In this document: positions 25,731 through 34,628 of the stretch, in pieces | Layout: each line of letters opens with the position of its first letter | Numbering within the stretch: the stretch's first letter is position 1 | Assembly (NCBI GenBank): GCA_964597845.1 | Contig: CAZQZR010000003.1 | Span: 3,427 to 67,426 of the forward strand | Source: an uncultured bacterium | GTDB taxonomy: Bacteria; Hydrothermota; Tepidihabitantia; Tepidihabitantales; Tepidihabitantaceae | DNA: 64,000 nucleotides | Reading direction: 5' to 3' | Position numbers and translations under genes: made by a program | The notes under the pieces: model-generated | Database searches by the model: none | The model's input: only the letters and a program-made list of their open reading frames with translations | Told to the model about the DNA's origin: nothing

Positions 25731-27155
25731 CTAGTCCAGTATCACAACTCTCGCCGTCCCGCGGTCGGTCGGCGAACTCACGAAGTAGACTCCGGGCGCG
25801 AGGCGACGCACGTCGTTCGCGCCGGGATGAAGGTCGAGCACCTTGCGGCCGGTGATGTCGAGCAGGCGACCGCTAACCGCCGACCGCCCACCGCTCACCG
25901 CCTCGGGCAGGAAGAGGACGGAACGTAGGACCGTGGGTCGGAGCTTGGGGCTTGCGGCTTGTGGCTTGGAGCGTTCCTCGACCGCGCTGCTCGACGGCAG
26001 CCACACCGGCATCGTCGGCTCGCCCGCGAGCATGAACTCGTAGTGACACCAGCGCCAGACAACGTTCTCCGGAACCAGCGGCGCGGCCTGGGCCTGGCCG
26101 GTGACGAGGCCAGCAAAAGAGCCGTTGCCCGGACCCTGCCAGAAGCCCCCCAGCGTCTTCTCGCAGTAGAAGGCGGTACCGGTGCGGAACGGGTCCGGGC
26201 TTGTGCCCCACGTCAGGCGGGTGCTGCCGAAGGTCGCGACGCAGCCGCCGGCGGGCACGGTCAGCAGGACCTCGGCGACGCAGTAGCCGGAATCGAATGC
26301 CGAAACCATGCAGCCGGCCGCGACGTTGATGGTGTAGTCAGGGGCGTTGGTCATGTCGTCGAGCTCGCTCCACAACATGAACCAGTTGTGATTCAACCAG
26401 CCGGCGCCCATTATGTTGTAGGAGCAGTGGTCCTGGTGGAGCCAGATGTGCATGCCTTGGTTGAGCCGGAGCTTGACCGAGTCTTCGTGGTTGCCGGAGT
26501 GGCTGTCGTAGACCTTGAATGAATGCATCGAAGGCGGCCGGAGCAGGGTGTCGTACAGCTCGCAGACGTCTTCGCCGTGGTACTCGGACGTGGCATCGAA
26601 CCCGGCAAACAGCACGTTCTCGAGATACGGCTTCGTCGAGTCGCCCGTATAGACGACGTAGCGGTCGGCAAACGCCTCCATCTCGGCGGGCGTCGCGAGC
26701 GGAAGGCGTCCGAGAAAGACGTCGGGAATCAGGTCAACCGAGTCCTCCGCCTCGCCGAACTGGCCGTCGCCGTCCCCGTCCCAGTCGCCATCCAGCGCCG
26801 AGTAGTAAAGCTCGGTCGGAATCGAGTCCTTGTACTCTGGGGTGAGTTCGACCCAGCAGCGCCGGCAGGGAATCTGCTCGTTGTCGCCGGCCAAGAGGAC
26901 GTACGTCGTGCCCCATTCTGAGTACGCCCGCTTGATGAAGTTGCGAATCTTCTCCTGGTCGTCGCGCCCGGACGATGACGCGAGCACGTCCGAGACCGAC
27001 ACGGTCGTGTCGCTGAATCCACGGGACTGGACGCGGGCGCAGAGCGGGGCGAGCGCAGCCGCGAGAGAGTCCGGCACAATTGTCAGGTGGTCGTACTGCG
27101 CCGCGACAGGTGCGGCAAGTACGGCGACAAGCAGCAGGCAGCTCAGACGGTTCAT
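25731..27155 (-). CDS. gingipain-like cysteine peptidase (C25) paralog with T9SS-type sorting domain
   Basis: 474 aa. VLLAGDNEQIPCRR, LYYSALDGDWDGDGDG, HQDHCSY, AAGCMVSAF. At the position where its neighbours carry the palindrome, the sorting domain carries an (ACCGCNG)n word. Confidence 0.8.
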   Translation of the reverse strand: MNRLSCLLLVAVLAAPVAAQYDHLTIVPDSLAAALAPLCARVQSRGFSDTTVSVSDVLASSSGRDDQEKIRNFIKRAYSEWGTTYVLLAGDNEQIPCRRCWVELTPEYKDSIPTELYYSALDGDWDGDGDGQFGEAEDSVDLIPDVFLGRLPLATPAEMEAFADRYVVYTGDSTKPYLENVLFAGFDATSEYHGEDVCELYDTLLRPPSMHSFKVYDSHSGNHEDSVKLRLNQGMHIWLHQDHCSYNIMGAGWLNHNWFMLWSELDDMTNAPDYTINVAAGCMVSAFDSGYCVAEVLLTVPAGGCVATFGSTRLTWGTSPDPFRTGTAFYCEKTLGGFWQGPGNGSFAGLVTGQAQAAPLVPENVVWRWCHYEFMLAGEPTMPVWLPSSSAVEERSKPQAASPKLRPTVLRSVLFLPEAVSGGRSAVSGRLLDITGRKVLDLHPGANDVRRLAPGVYFVSSPTDRGTARVVILD

Positions 27156-27164
27156 CGCGACATT

Positions 27165-28652
27165 CTAGCGGACGACCGCGACGCGAGCAAATGCGCCCGG
27201 TTCGATACCGCGCACGAAGTAGATGCCCGGCGCGAGATGACGCACGTCGTTGGCGCCGGGACGCAGGTCAAGCACCTCTCGCCCGCTGATGTCCAGCAGG
27301 GCGGCTTTGGGGACAGTCCCCGTGCGGGGACTGTCCCCGTTCAGGAACAGCGCACCGCGCACGACGGTGGGCATGCTATACTCCGCTCTCGCCCTGCCGG
27401 CGCCCGCTTCGCTCACCGCCGTGAACGGAAGAAGCAACGTGGCGGAGACGGTGTCGCCGTTGTCCGGAATCGAAAGCGGCATCTCGGTCGAGGAGCCCTG
27501 CGTCTGCCACCCCAGGTGTTTGACCTCGAACAGGTCGACGGAGCCGGTGCGGCCATCGGCCGTGTCGTCCAGGCAGGCGAGGTAGAGCGTGTCCTCTTCG
27601 CCGGTCAGCCACGGCGCGCCGTCGGTCAGGTCGAACGGGATACGCCGGTATGGGAACGGATGGTCGGTGACTGCGGCCCGCCACGACCGGAAGTCCTCGT
27701 GCCACAGGCTGCTCTCCGGCGTGCCGACGCCGAACCGGATTCCGACGCGGTCGCGGGTCGGGTGGCTGAACCGGACCGTGCCGATGAGCACCGGCTGGTA
27801 GTCGATCCGGTCAGTCACGTAGGCGGCGTAGGCGTAGACAATCCGTGTGTCCGCAGTCGCCTGGTAGGACATCCAGAAGTAGCCGCTGTCGCCCCAGGCC
27901 GTGCCCATCGAGTTGACGAGCCGGAACGCACCCGACCCGTCACGCGTGCCCATCGTGTCATCATACCCGACGATGGTCACCGCGTGCCCCGAAATCGGGC
28001 TGCCCTGCATGTCGGCCAGGGTGTAGGTGTTATTATAGTCGCTGATGTGCCAGAAATTGTCGTAGATGACGATGCCGGTGACACAGGTATTGCCGTTGGC
28101 GATGTGCTGGCGGATGAGGTTGACGAAGTTGGGGTCGTTGACGTCGAACCAGAACGCGCTGTCGGTCCGGAACATCATTGCGTTCAGGTACGCCTGCTCG
28201 GTCGGCCAGGTCAGATAGTCAAGGGTATCATATGGACAGTCGGCCATCGTGCCACAGCCCTGCTCGCACATCAGCGCCATCGCTCGGCTGAAAGTGGAAC
28301 TCCCGTTCGTCCCGCGGTTGATCTGGTTGTAGATGAATGCCGGGGCGCCCTGGTGGCTCGGATCGGTGAGGTCCCAGCCCCGTTCGCTGAACTCAAGCTG
28401 GGTCCGGTGGTAATAGCCGAACGCCCATGCGGTGCAGCAGTTCTGCCAGTGCTGGTTGCCGACCGGCGGCATCTCGTGCGACAGGTCGACATAGAGCACC
28501 GTGTCCGCGCACGGCCTCCCCGCCGCGACCGGAACCTCGGTCACCCTGTGAACCCACGGAATGGTATGCATGTCTTCACGGATGACGCCGCCGCAGCCAG
28601 GCGGCGCGACCTGCGCAATAACTACCAGCAGCACGGAGGCAAGAACCGGCAT
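27165..28652 (-). CDS. papain-like cysteine peptidase (C1) with T9SS-type sorting domain
   Basis: 495 aa. GNQHWQNCCTAWAFG (Gln/Cys), SGHAVTIVGYDD (His), NSMGTAWGDSGYFW (Asn/Trp). The sorting domain contains the palindromic element. Confidence 0.85.
   Translation of the reverse strand: MPVLASVLLVVIAQVAPPGCGGVIREDMHTIPWVHRVTEVPVAAGRPCADTVLYVDLSHEMPPVGNQHWQNCCTAWAFGYYHRTQLEFSERGWDLTDPSHQGAPAFIYNQINRGTNGSSTFSRAMALMCEQGCGTMADCPYDTLDYLTWPTEQAYLNAMMFRTDSAFWFDVNDPNFVNLIRQHIANGNTCVTGIVIYDNFWHISDYNNTYTLADMQGSPISGHAVTIVGYDDTMGTRDGSGAFRLVNSMGTAWGDSGYFWMSYQATADTRIVYAYAAYVTDRIDYQPVLIGTVRFSHPTRDRVGIRFGVGTPESSLWHEDFRSWRAAVTDHPFPYRRIPFDLTDGAPWLTGEEDTLYLACLDDTADGRTGSVDLFEVKHLGWQTQGSSTEMPLSIPDNGDTVSATLLLPFTAVSEAGAGRARAEYSMPTVVRGALFLNGDSPRTGTVPKAALLDISGREVLDLRPGANDVRHLAPGIYFVRGIEPGAFARVAVVR
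27309..27338 (-). repeat. double-palindrome element, in-frame in the C1 peptidase sorting domain
   Basis: GGGGACAGTCCCC-GTGC-GGGGACTGTCCCC, translated as GDSPRTGTVP(K). Confidence 0.9.
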
Positions 28653-28655
28653 GCG

Positions 28656-30533
28656 CTACTTCGTAATCACGATGCGGCTGGCCCCGGACCACGCATCTGT
28701 CTGCGTGCGCACGAAGTACACGCCGGGTGCGAGGCGACGCACGTCGTTCGGACCGGGATGCAGGTCGAGCACCTCTCGCCCGCTGATGTCGAGGAGCACG
28801 GTTTTGGGGACAGTCCCCGTGCGGGGACAGTCCCCGTTCAGGAACAGCACACGGCCAATGACCGTGGCGCGCGGCCCGGCCGGTCCGAGCGGGCCAGCGC
28901 TTTCCTCAGCGAGGCCGACCACGTCGTCGCCGAGCACGACGGTGAATGCAACCGGCATCATGATGGTGTTGCCAGCATCGGTGAAGGTCACCTCAAGCCG
29001 GAGCGGAATGGTATCTCCCGGCTGCCCCAGGTCGGACGCCCGAACCAGGAACTGGTCGGCCCGGTTGTCGACGTCGCTCAGGCGACCGACGCCCGGGAAC
29101 GACTTGACCGAGTCCAACACCGTGACGAGCGTATCGAGCGACACCAGCCTTGCGCTGATGCTGTATGCCGAGTCGAGCGGGTGTATGGCCCGGTTCCGAA
29201 TGGTGAACCAGACACGCGCGGTCTCGCCGGGGTCGAGCCGGCCCGACGAGTTGCCCGACCCCGTATCGTTGACCGTGCTCGCCACTGGGTCGAAGTACAC
29301 GCCGGCGATGCGGGCCAGGTAGTAGAGGGTCGGGACGTCTCCGTCAACTTCCTTGCGCATGAGCGCGGAGTCGTTCCAGCAGGCGTAGAACCACGTGTCT
29401 GCTTCGATCGTGAACGCGTAGGTGACGAACTTGCCCCCGGAATCGGATAGCCCCCAGTCAATCTGGATGCCGTTACAGAGGTAGAGGACGTTCGAGGCCT
29501 GGCCGGTCCTCGCGTAGTCGTAGTCGTTGTACATCTGGAACGTGTCAACCACCTCCTGGAGCAGGGCCTGTTCCGGGGGCGAGGAGTAGGTATACCCCCA
29601 CGGGTAGCAGTTGTACCCGCCGAAGCAGTGGAAGTCCTGCTCGGTGCGGAACCGGTGTGCGGCCTCCAGGTCGCGGGCCGCAGTGGCTTCCGCGTCGCTC
29701 CAGGCATAGGGACCACGGTAGGCGTGCGACGAGGGGTTGGGGGATGAACCAACGTTGTCGTAGCCCCACTTGTAGCCGTGGTTGCGGGACGGGTCCACGC
29801 CGATGTTCGGGGGCACGACGACGCGGCGGTTCTTGCGCCAGTAGACGCCCGCGCCGCCCGAGTCCGAGCAGAAAACAGAACAGTCCGGGTTGAGTATCGG
29901 TACCGTATAGATTTCGCGGTTGTTAACCAGCCAGGTGGACAACGGGTCGGTTCCGTAGCCGGACAGAATCTGTTGCAGGAAAGCCATGACAATGGACGTA
30001 CCCATCGGCTCGTCGCCGTGAGTCGAGCCGGAGAAGTAACAGGCCGGCTCGTCCTCCTCCACCGATGCGTTGTCCGATATCTTGAGGCACAGAATGTCGC
30101 GGTTCTGGCTGGTAGTCCCGATGACGAAAAGGCTGCAGATTTCCGGGTACCTGGCCGCGAAGGCGATGACCGAATCCGTCATCTCCCAGTAGGTGTAGTA
30201 GTAGCCGAAGTCCTGGAGGGTCGGCGGCTGGTCCGGGTCTACGCCGGTGAACAGCTGGAACTTCTCGTCGAGGTTGGCCCATGTAACTGCGGTCTCGAGC
30301 CCGCAGTCCCGGATGCGGGCAAGCTGCTCCGCGTCGGTGACAAGGACCAGGTACGTGCCGTTCTCGTCCGTGCCATGAGAACAGATGTAGAGGTCCCCGG
30401 CAAGGTCACCGAGCCGGTCGAGGTCACGGGCGTCGTTGACGTACAGCCTTGCCTCAATGAGCGTCACGGACCGGTCTTGGGCAAACCCGGCTGTCACCAG
30501 GCACACGAGGGCAAGTAGCATCATCCGGTACAT
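28656..30533 (-). CDS. M14 zinc carboxypeptidase with T9SS-type sorting domain
   Basis: 625 aa. AAGGAG RBS and signal peptide. Zn-binding region FSGSTHGDEPMG. The sorting domain contains the palindromic element. Confidence 0.85.
   Translation of the reverse strand: MYRMMLLALVCLVTAGFAQDRSVTLIEARLYVNDARDLDRLGDLAGDLYICSHGTDENGTYLVLVTDAEQLARIRDCGLETAVTWANLDEKFQLFTGVDPDQPPTLQDFGYYYTYWEMTDSVIAFAARYPEICSLFVIGTTSQNRDILCLKISDNASVEEDEPACYFSGSTHGDEPMGTSIVMAFLQQILSGYGTDPLSTWLVNNREIYTVPILNPDCSVFCSDSGGAGVYWRKNRRVVVPPNIGVDPSRNHGYKWGYDNVGSSPNPSSHAYRGPYAWSDAEATAARDLEAAHRFRTEQDFHCFGGYNCYPWGYTYSSPPEQALLQEVVDTFQMYNDYDYARTGQASNVLYLCNGIQIDWGLSDSGGKFVTYAFTIEADTWFYACWNDSALMRKEVDGDVPTLYYLARIAGVYFDPVASTVNDTGSGNSSGRLDPGETARVWFTIRNRAIHPLDSAYSISARLVSLDTLVTVLDSVKSFPGVGRLSDVDNRADQFLVRASDLGQPGDTIPLRLEVTFTDAGNTIMMPVAFTVVLGDDVVGLAEESAGPLGPAGPRATVIGRVLFLNGDCPRTGTVPKTVLLDISGREVLDLHPGPNDVRRLAPGVYFVRTQTDAWSGASRIVITK
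28806..28835 (-). repeat. double-palindrome element, in-frame in the M14 peptidase sorting domain
   Basis: GGGGACAGTCCCC-GTGC-GGGGACAGTCCCC, translated as GDCPRTGTVP(K). Confidence 0.9.
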
Positions 30534-30818
30534 ATCATCTCCTTATCGGACAATCGGCGACTTTCCAGCCATACTCCTTCTTTCAGCCAATGTGGAGTAT
30601 ACACAAGGAGCAGTCTCGGGCAAGCCGCAAGCGGCCGATGCCGCCTGTTTGCAGTGACCAGTTTGCAGGCAAACACCAAACCCCAAGCGCCAATCAAGCC
30701 CTGGTGTCGCATGAAGTCCGGAGGCTCAACGGCTGAGTTCGCGCGGACTTTGGTCATTGGTAGATTCGAGCTTGCTTCGTCATTCGAGCTTCGGAATTCG
30801 AACTTCCCCACAAAGGTT

Positions 30819-30841
30819 GGGGCGCGGACAAGCCGCGCCCC
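30819..30841 (-). terminator. hairpin after the upstream M14 gene
   Basis: GGGGCGCGG-N5-CCGCGCCCC, 22 nt downstream of the stop at 30863, followed on the minus strand by AACCTTTGTGGGG. Confidence 0.45.
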
Positions 30842-30862
30842 GAAGATCCGGACTGCTGCGTT

Positions 30863-33115
30863 CTAGCGCACGACGGTCAGCCGCGCGGTCGAAGTCTTGT
30901 CGGCTGAGAGACGGACGTAGTACACACCGGCGGGCACTGACCTGCCGGTCATGTCCTTCGCGTCCCAGGTGACGGTGTAGGTCCCGGCTTTGCTCATGCC
31001 GGACGCGAGGGTCCGCACCTGCCTGCCGGTCGCGTCATAGACGCCGAGGTTGACCGCACCGGTCCGTTCCAGCGCATAGCTGACCTGCGCGCCGGCGGTC
31101 ACCGGGTTCGGGCCGACCTTGAAGATGGAAGTCACGAGGTTGCCGGTCGGTTCCTGCGCAATCCCCGAGCCGGTGACGACGATGTCCTCAAGCGGGCCAT
31201 GGTCGCTCCAGTCCCACGCCGCGTTGTGCCCGCGCACGCGGTAGTAGTACGTATCCGGGGTCCTGCCGGTAACTTGATACAGCGTGTCGGTGATAGTGTC
31301 CGAAATGACCGTGTGGTTCGCAAAGGCGGGTACGGGCCACACGTCGTCGATGTAAACGCCGGGACCGGTCGTGCCGTCGTCGGTCATGTAGCGAAACCGG
31401 ATGAAAACCGACTTGCCAACCCAGGGCTCAAGCGAGAACGCCTTATACAGCCAGCCCGAGGAATTACCCATGAACCGGTCGTGAAGCTGAATCCACTCCT
31501 TGCCCTCGAGCGACACCTCGGCGACGGTCACGTCGTAGCGGTTCTCGGTGCTGTACCATATCCAGTACTTGAGCGAGTCACCCGTCTGAACGGGGTACGG
31601 GTCCTTGGTCGAGATGTAGTTGGAGATGTTATTGCCGTTGCCGAGCGAAGCGCTGTAGGTACCGCCATGCTTCTGGGTCGTGGACTGAGTCGCGCCCTGC
31701 ACGTTCCACCCACTCAAGTCTGACTCCATGTTGTCCTCGACCACGGACAAACCGGACAGCTCTTCGAGTTCCCACTTGTCCGGGTGGTTCTGCTCGGGCC
31801 GAGTCGGCGTCCAGTGAATCGTGAAGTCGCCGCTGCTGGAGGAATCCATGACCGCGAGAATCGGCCGCGGCACCATGCCCTCAAGCGCGCCCTGGATCGA
31901 GTCCGCGCGGTTGAACAGGTACCAGACTCCGTCGAATACCTCGTGCTCGATAGCATCGAGGTCCGAAGTCGGCTGGTAGAACTGGGTGCCTATCTCGAAG
32001 GTGAACGACATGCAGGGGAACCCGCCGATGTAGTGCGACCAGCCATAGGCCCAGTCAACCGAGATGCAGTTCGACGGGTACAGGTCGTCGCTCCGAGCCG
32101 GGGTGTAATTCCCGCCGTGGAGGGCCGACATCTGCGCCGCTATTCCCTGCGCGAGCGAGGACATGTAGCTCTGGTCCGGGGCGGCCGTACCGTCTCCGTA
32201 CGGGTAAAGTATCAACTCCGAGTAGGAATGCAGCGAAGGATTGGCCAGGAACGTGTGCTGCTTGAAGAACGCGTTCATCGCCTTCACTTCGGTCCCCCAG
32301 GCGCCGCTCGCGCCGAACCATGTTTCGTCGTCGGGTCGGTGGCACGTGCGCGAACCCCTTACCAGGGCGCCCCAGTCAGCCATCCGGTTGCCGTTGCAGG
32401 CGCCGTTGTAGTCGCGGTTCAGGTCGGCGCCGATGTCCGAGCCGAACGGCTGGCGGTTCTTGCGCCACATATGCTGCGACGGATAGTCGTAGATGAAGCC
32501 GTCGACATTCACCACCGGGATGACCCATATCTCGTGGCTATCGATGAAGTCCCGGATCACGGTATCGGTGGCGTAGTTGGTAACCAGCGTGTCGACGAAG
32601 TGGCGGGCCGCCTGGGCCGCCGCCCACTCGCGAGCATGATGCTGGGCGTCGAGCAGGAGTTCCGGCTCGTCCTCGTCAACGGTGACGTTGTCGCTCAGCT
32701 TCACCATATAGATGTAGCGGCCTTCGTAGGACGGGCCGATGCTGTCGAGCATCACGATATCGGGATAGGTCGCTGCCCAGTTCCGCATCACAACCTTCAG
32801 TTCGTCGTAAGACTGGTACGAGCCGTCCTGGACGTATTCACCGTTGCGCGTGTCCATGTCGGCGCAGAGGATTGTGACCGGCAGACCCGACGCCTGGACC
32901 AGCCCGAAGTCGGCACGGTCGAGTAACAGGTCATACGATTCGCCGAGTTTCGCCCCGGCGATATCGATAGACGTACCCTTGAATGTGATGTGCGAGTAGA
33001 GTTCAGGGTAGCTATGCGCGGCGACGCGCACGAGCATGGGACCGGCCGCAGCCGACCCGACCAACAGAACAAGAGAGAGCAGCGACAGCGCTCTCCCGGA
33101 GTGCAGACAGCACAT
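30863..33115 (-). CDS. M14 zinc carboxypeptidase with T9SS-type sorting domain
   Basis: LLDAQHHAREWAA (HxxE Zn site). Start trimmed to MCCLHSGRALSLLSLVLLVGSAAA, 8 nt after GGAGG. C-terminal ...GRSVPAGVYYVRLSADKTSTARLTVVR. Confidence 0.85.
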   Translation of the reverse strand: MCCLHSGRALSLLSLVLLVGSAAAGPMLVRVAAHSYPELYSHITFKGTSIDIAGAKLGESYDLLLDRADFGLVQASGLPVTILCADMDTRNGEYVQDGSYQSYDELKVVMRNWAATYPDIVMLDSIGPSYEGRYIYMVKLSDNVTVDEDEPELLLDAQHHAREWAAAQAARHFVDTLVTNYATDTVIRDFIDSHEIWVIPVVNVDGFIYDYPSQHMWRKNRQPFGSDIGADLNRDYNGACNGNRMADWGALVRGSRTCHRPDDETWFGASGAWGTEVKAMNAFFKQHTFLANPSLHSYSELILYPYGDGTAAPDQSYMSSLAQGIAAQMSALHGGNYTPARSDDLYPSNCISVDWAYGWSHYIGGFPCMSFTFEIGTQFYQPTSDLDAIEHEVFDGVWYLFNRADSIQGALEGMVPRPILAVMDSSSSGDFTIHWTPTRPEQNHPDKWELEELSGLSVVEDNMESDLSGWNVQGATQSTTQKHGGTYSASLGNGNNISNYISTKDPYPVQTGDSLKYWIWYSTENRYDVTVAEVSLEGKEWIQLHDRFMGNSSGWLYKAFSLEPWVGKSVFIRFRYMTDDGTTGPGVYIDDVWPVPAFANHTVISDTITDTLYQVTGRTPDTYYYRVRGHNAAWDWSDHGPLEDIVVTGSGIAQEPTGNLVTSIFKVGPNPVTAGAQVSYALERTGAVNLGVYDATGRQVRTLASGMSKAGTYTVTWDAKDMTGRSVPAGVYYVRLSADKTSTARLTVVR

Positions 33116-33359
33116 TAATGTACCTCCAGATGACTCATTTATGGTAAAAGGGGGAAATGACAAAGGGTAAATGACAAAGTCGGACTTGGGACTTTCCACT
33201 TTCCACTTTCTGCTTTCCTCTCCCAATGATTCTAAGCCGAATGCTGTAGCTGTCAAATTCGCATTGCCGCCGCTTCCACGCTGAGTCCACGACCCTGTGC
33301 TGTAATTCGGGCCGCGCGCCGACAGCGTCGGCACCCATAAGCCTTTGGCGTTCAATCCC

Positions 33360-33387
33360 TTGAAACCCTTTGTCTTCACGCTATAAT
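33360..33387 (+). promoter_or_regulatory. strong sigma70-like promoter of the dehydrogenase/hydratase/citrate-lyase block
   Basis: TTGAAA-N16-TATAAT about 50 nt upstream of the GTG at 33440 (GGAGG RBS). Confidence 0.55.
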
Positions 33388-33439
33388 CCTCACCGACTGC
33401 CTCGGATAGTCAATTGCAGCATTTGATGCGGAGGAAAAC

Positions 33440-34621
33440 GTGGCTGGTAAAACAATCGTAACTATGCCCGGCGACGGCATCGGCAAGACTGTCTTGCCTG
33501 AGGCCATCCGGGTTCTTAATGCAGTCGGGTTCTCGGCAGACTACGTCCAGGCCGACATCGGCTGGGACTTCTGGCGCAAGGAGGGCAACGCCCTGCCGGA
33601 CCGGACTATCAGGCTGCTGGAGCAACACAAGGTCGGGTTGTTCGGCGCGATAACGTCCAAGCCGAAGGACAAGGCCCAGGCCGAGCTCGATCCGGCCCTG
33701 CAGGACAAGGGCTATCAGTACTTCAGCCCGATCGTGACGATGCGCCAGCACTTTGACCTTGACATCTGCATCCGCCCGTGCAAGTCATTCCCGGGCAACC
33801 CACTCAACTTCATCCGCCGAAAGGATGATGGCTTTGAGGAACCGAAGGTCGACGCGGTCATCTTCCGGCAGAATACCGAAGGCCTCTATTGCGGCGTGGA
33901 ATGGACCAACCCGCCTGCCGATGTCCGCAAAGCCATCGAGACCCACAAGAAGATGAAGGCGTTTGCCTCAGTGCCGTCCGATGACATGGCCATATCGCTC
34001 CGCATCTTCACCCGCGCCGCGTGCCGGCGCATCGCCCGCGCCGGGTTCGAGCACGCCAAGCAGTACGGGTACAAGTCCGTTACCATCTGCGAGAAGCCGA
34101 ATGTCATTCGGGAGACGTCCGGCATGATGGAGGCCGAAGCCAGGAAGATCGCCGCGGAATATCCCGGCATCGCGCTCTGGTCCACGAACATCGACGCCCA
34201 GATGATGTGGCTGACCAAGAACCCCGAGGACTATGGCGTCATCGTGTCCGGCAATATGTTCGGCGACATCGTGTCCGACGGATTTGCCGGGCTGGTCGGC
34301 GGGCTCGGCTTCGCGTGCTCGGCGAACATCGGCCGCGAGGTCGCGGTCTTCGAGCCGACCCACGGTTCCGCCCCGAAATACGAGAAACTCTCGCCGTCCA
34401 TCGTCAACCCGATAGCGACGATTCTCGCCGCCGGCATGATGCTCGACCACATCGGCGAGAACGAGAAATCGAAACGCATAGGCGCCGCGGTGGCTGGGGT
34501 GATAGCCAAAGGCAAGGTGCGCACCTACGACATGCTCCGGCTGACCGGCGGCCCCGACGTATTCAAGTCCGGCGCGGCCACGACCGAGCAGATGACCGAC
34601 GCGATTATCGCGGAACTGTGA
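33440..34621 (+). CDS. isocitrate/isopropylmalate/homoisocitrate dehydrogenase family protein
   Basis: 393 aa. N-terminal MPGDGIGKTVLPEA, central NTEGLYCG, C-terminal NMFGDIVSD...GSAPK, characteristic of beta-decarboxylating dehydrogenases. Confidence 0.85.
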   Translation: MAGKTIVTMPGDGIGKTVLPEAIRVLNAVGFSADYVQADIGWDFWRKEGNALPDRTIRLLEQHKVGLFGAITSKPKDKAQAELDPALQDKGYQYFSPIVTMRQHFDLDICIRPCKSFPGNPLNFIRRKDDGFEEPKVDAVIFRQNTEGLYCGVEWTNPPADVRKAIETHKKMKAFASVPSDDMAISLRIFTRAACRRIARAGFEHAKQYGYKSVTICEKPNVIRETSGMMEAEARKIAAEYPGIALWSTNIDAQMMWLTKNPEDYGVIVSGNMFGDIVSDGFAGLVGGLGFACSANIGREVAVFEPTHGSAPKYEKLSPSIVNPIATILAAGMMLDHIGENEKSKRIGAAVAGVIAKGKVRTYDMLRLTGGPDVFKSGAATTEQMTDAIIAEL

Positions 34622-34628
34622 GACGAAA

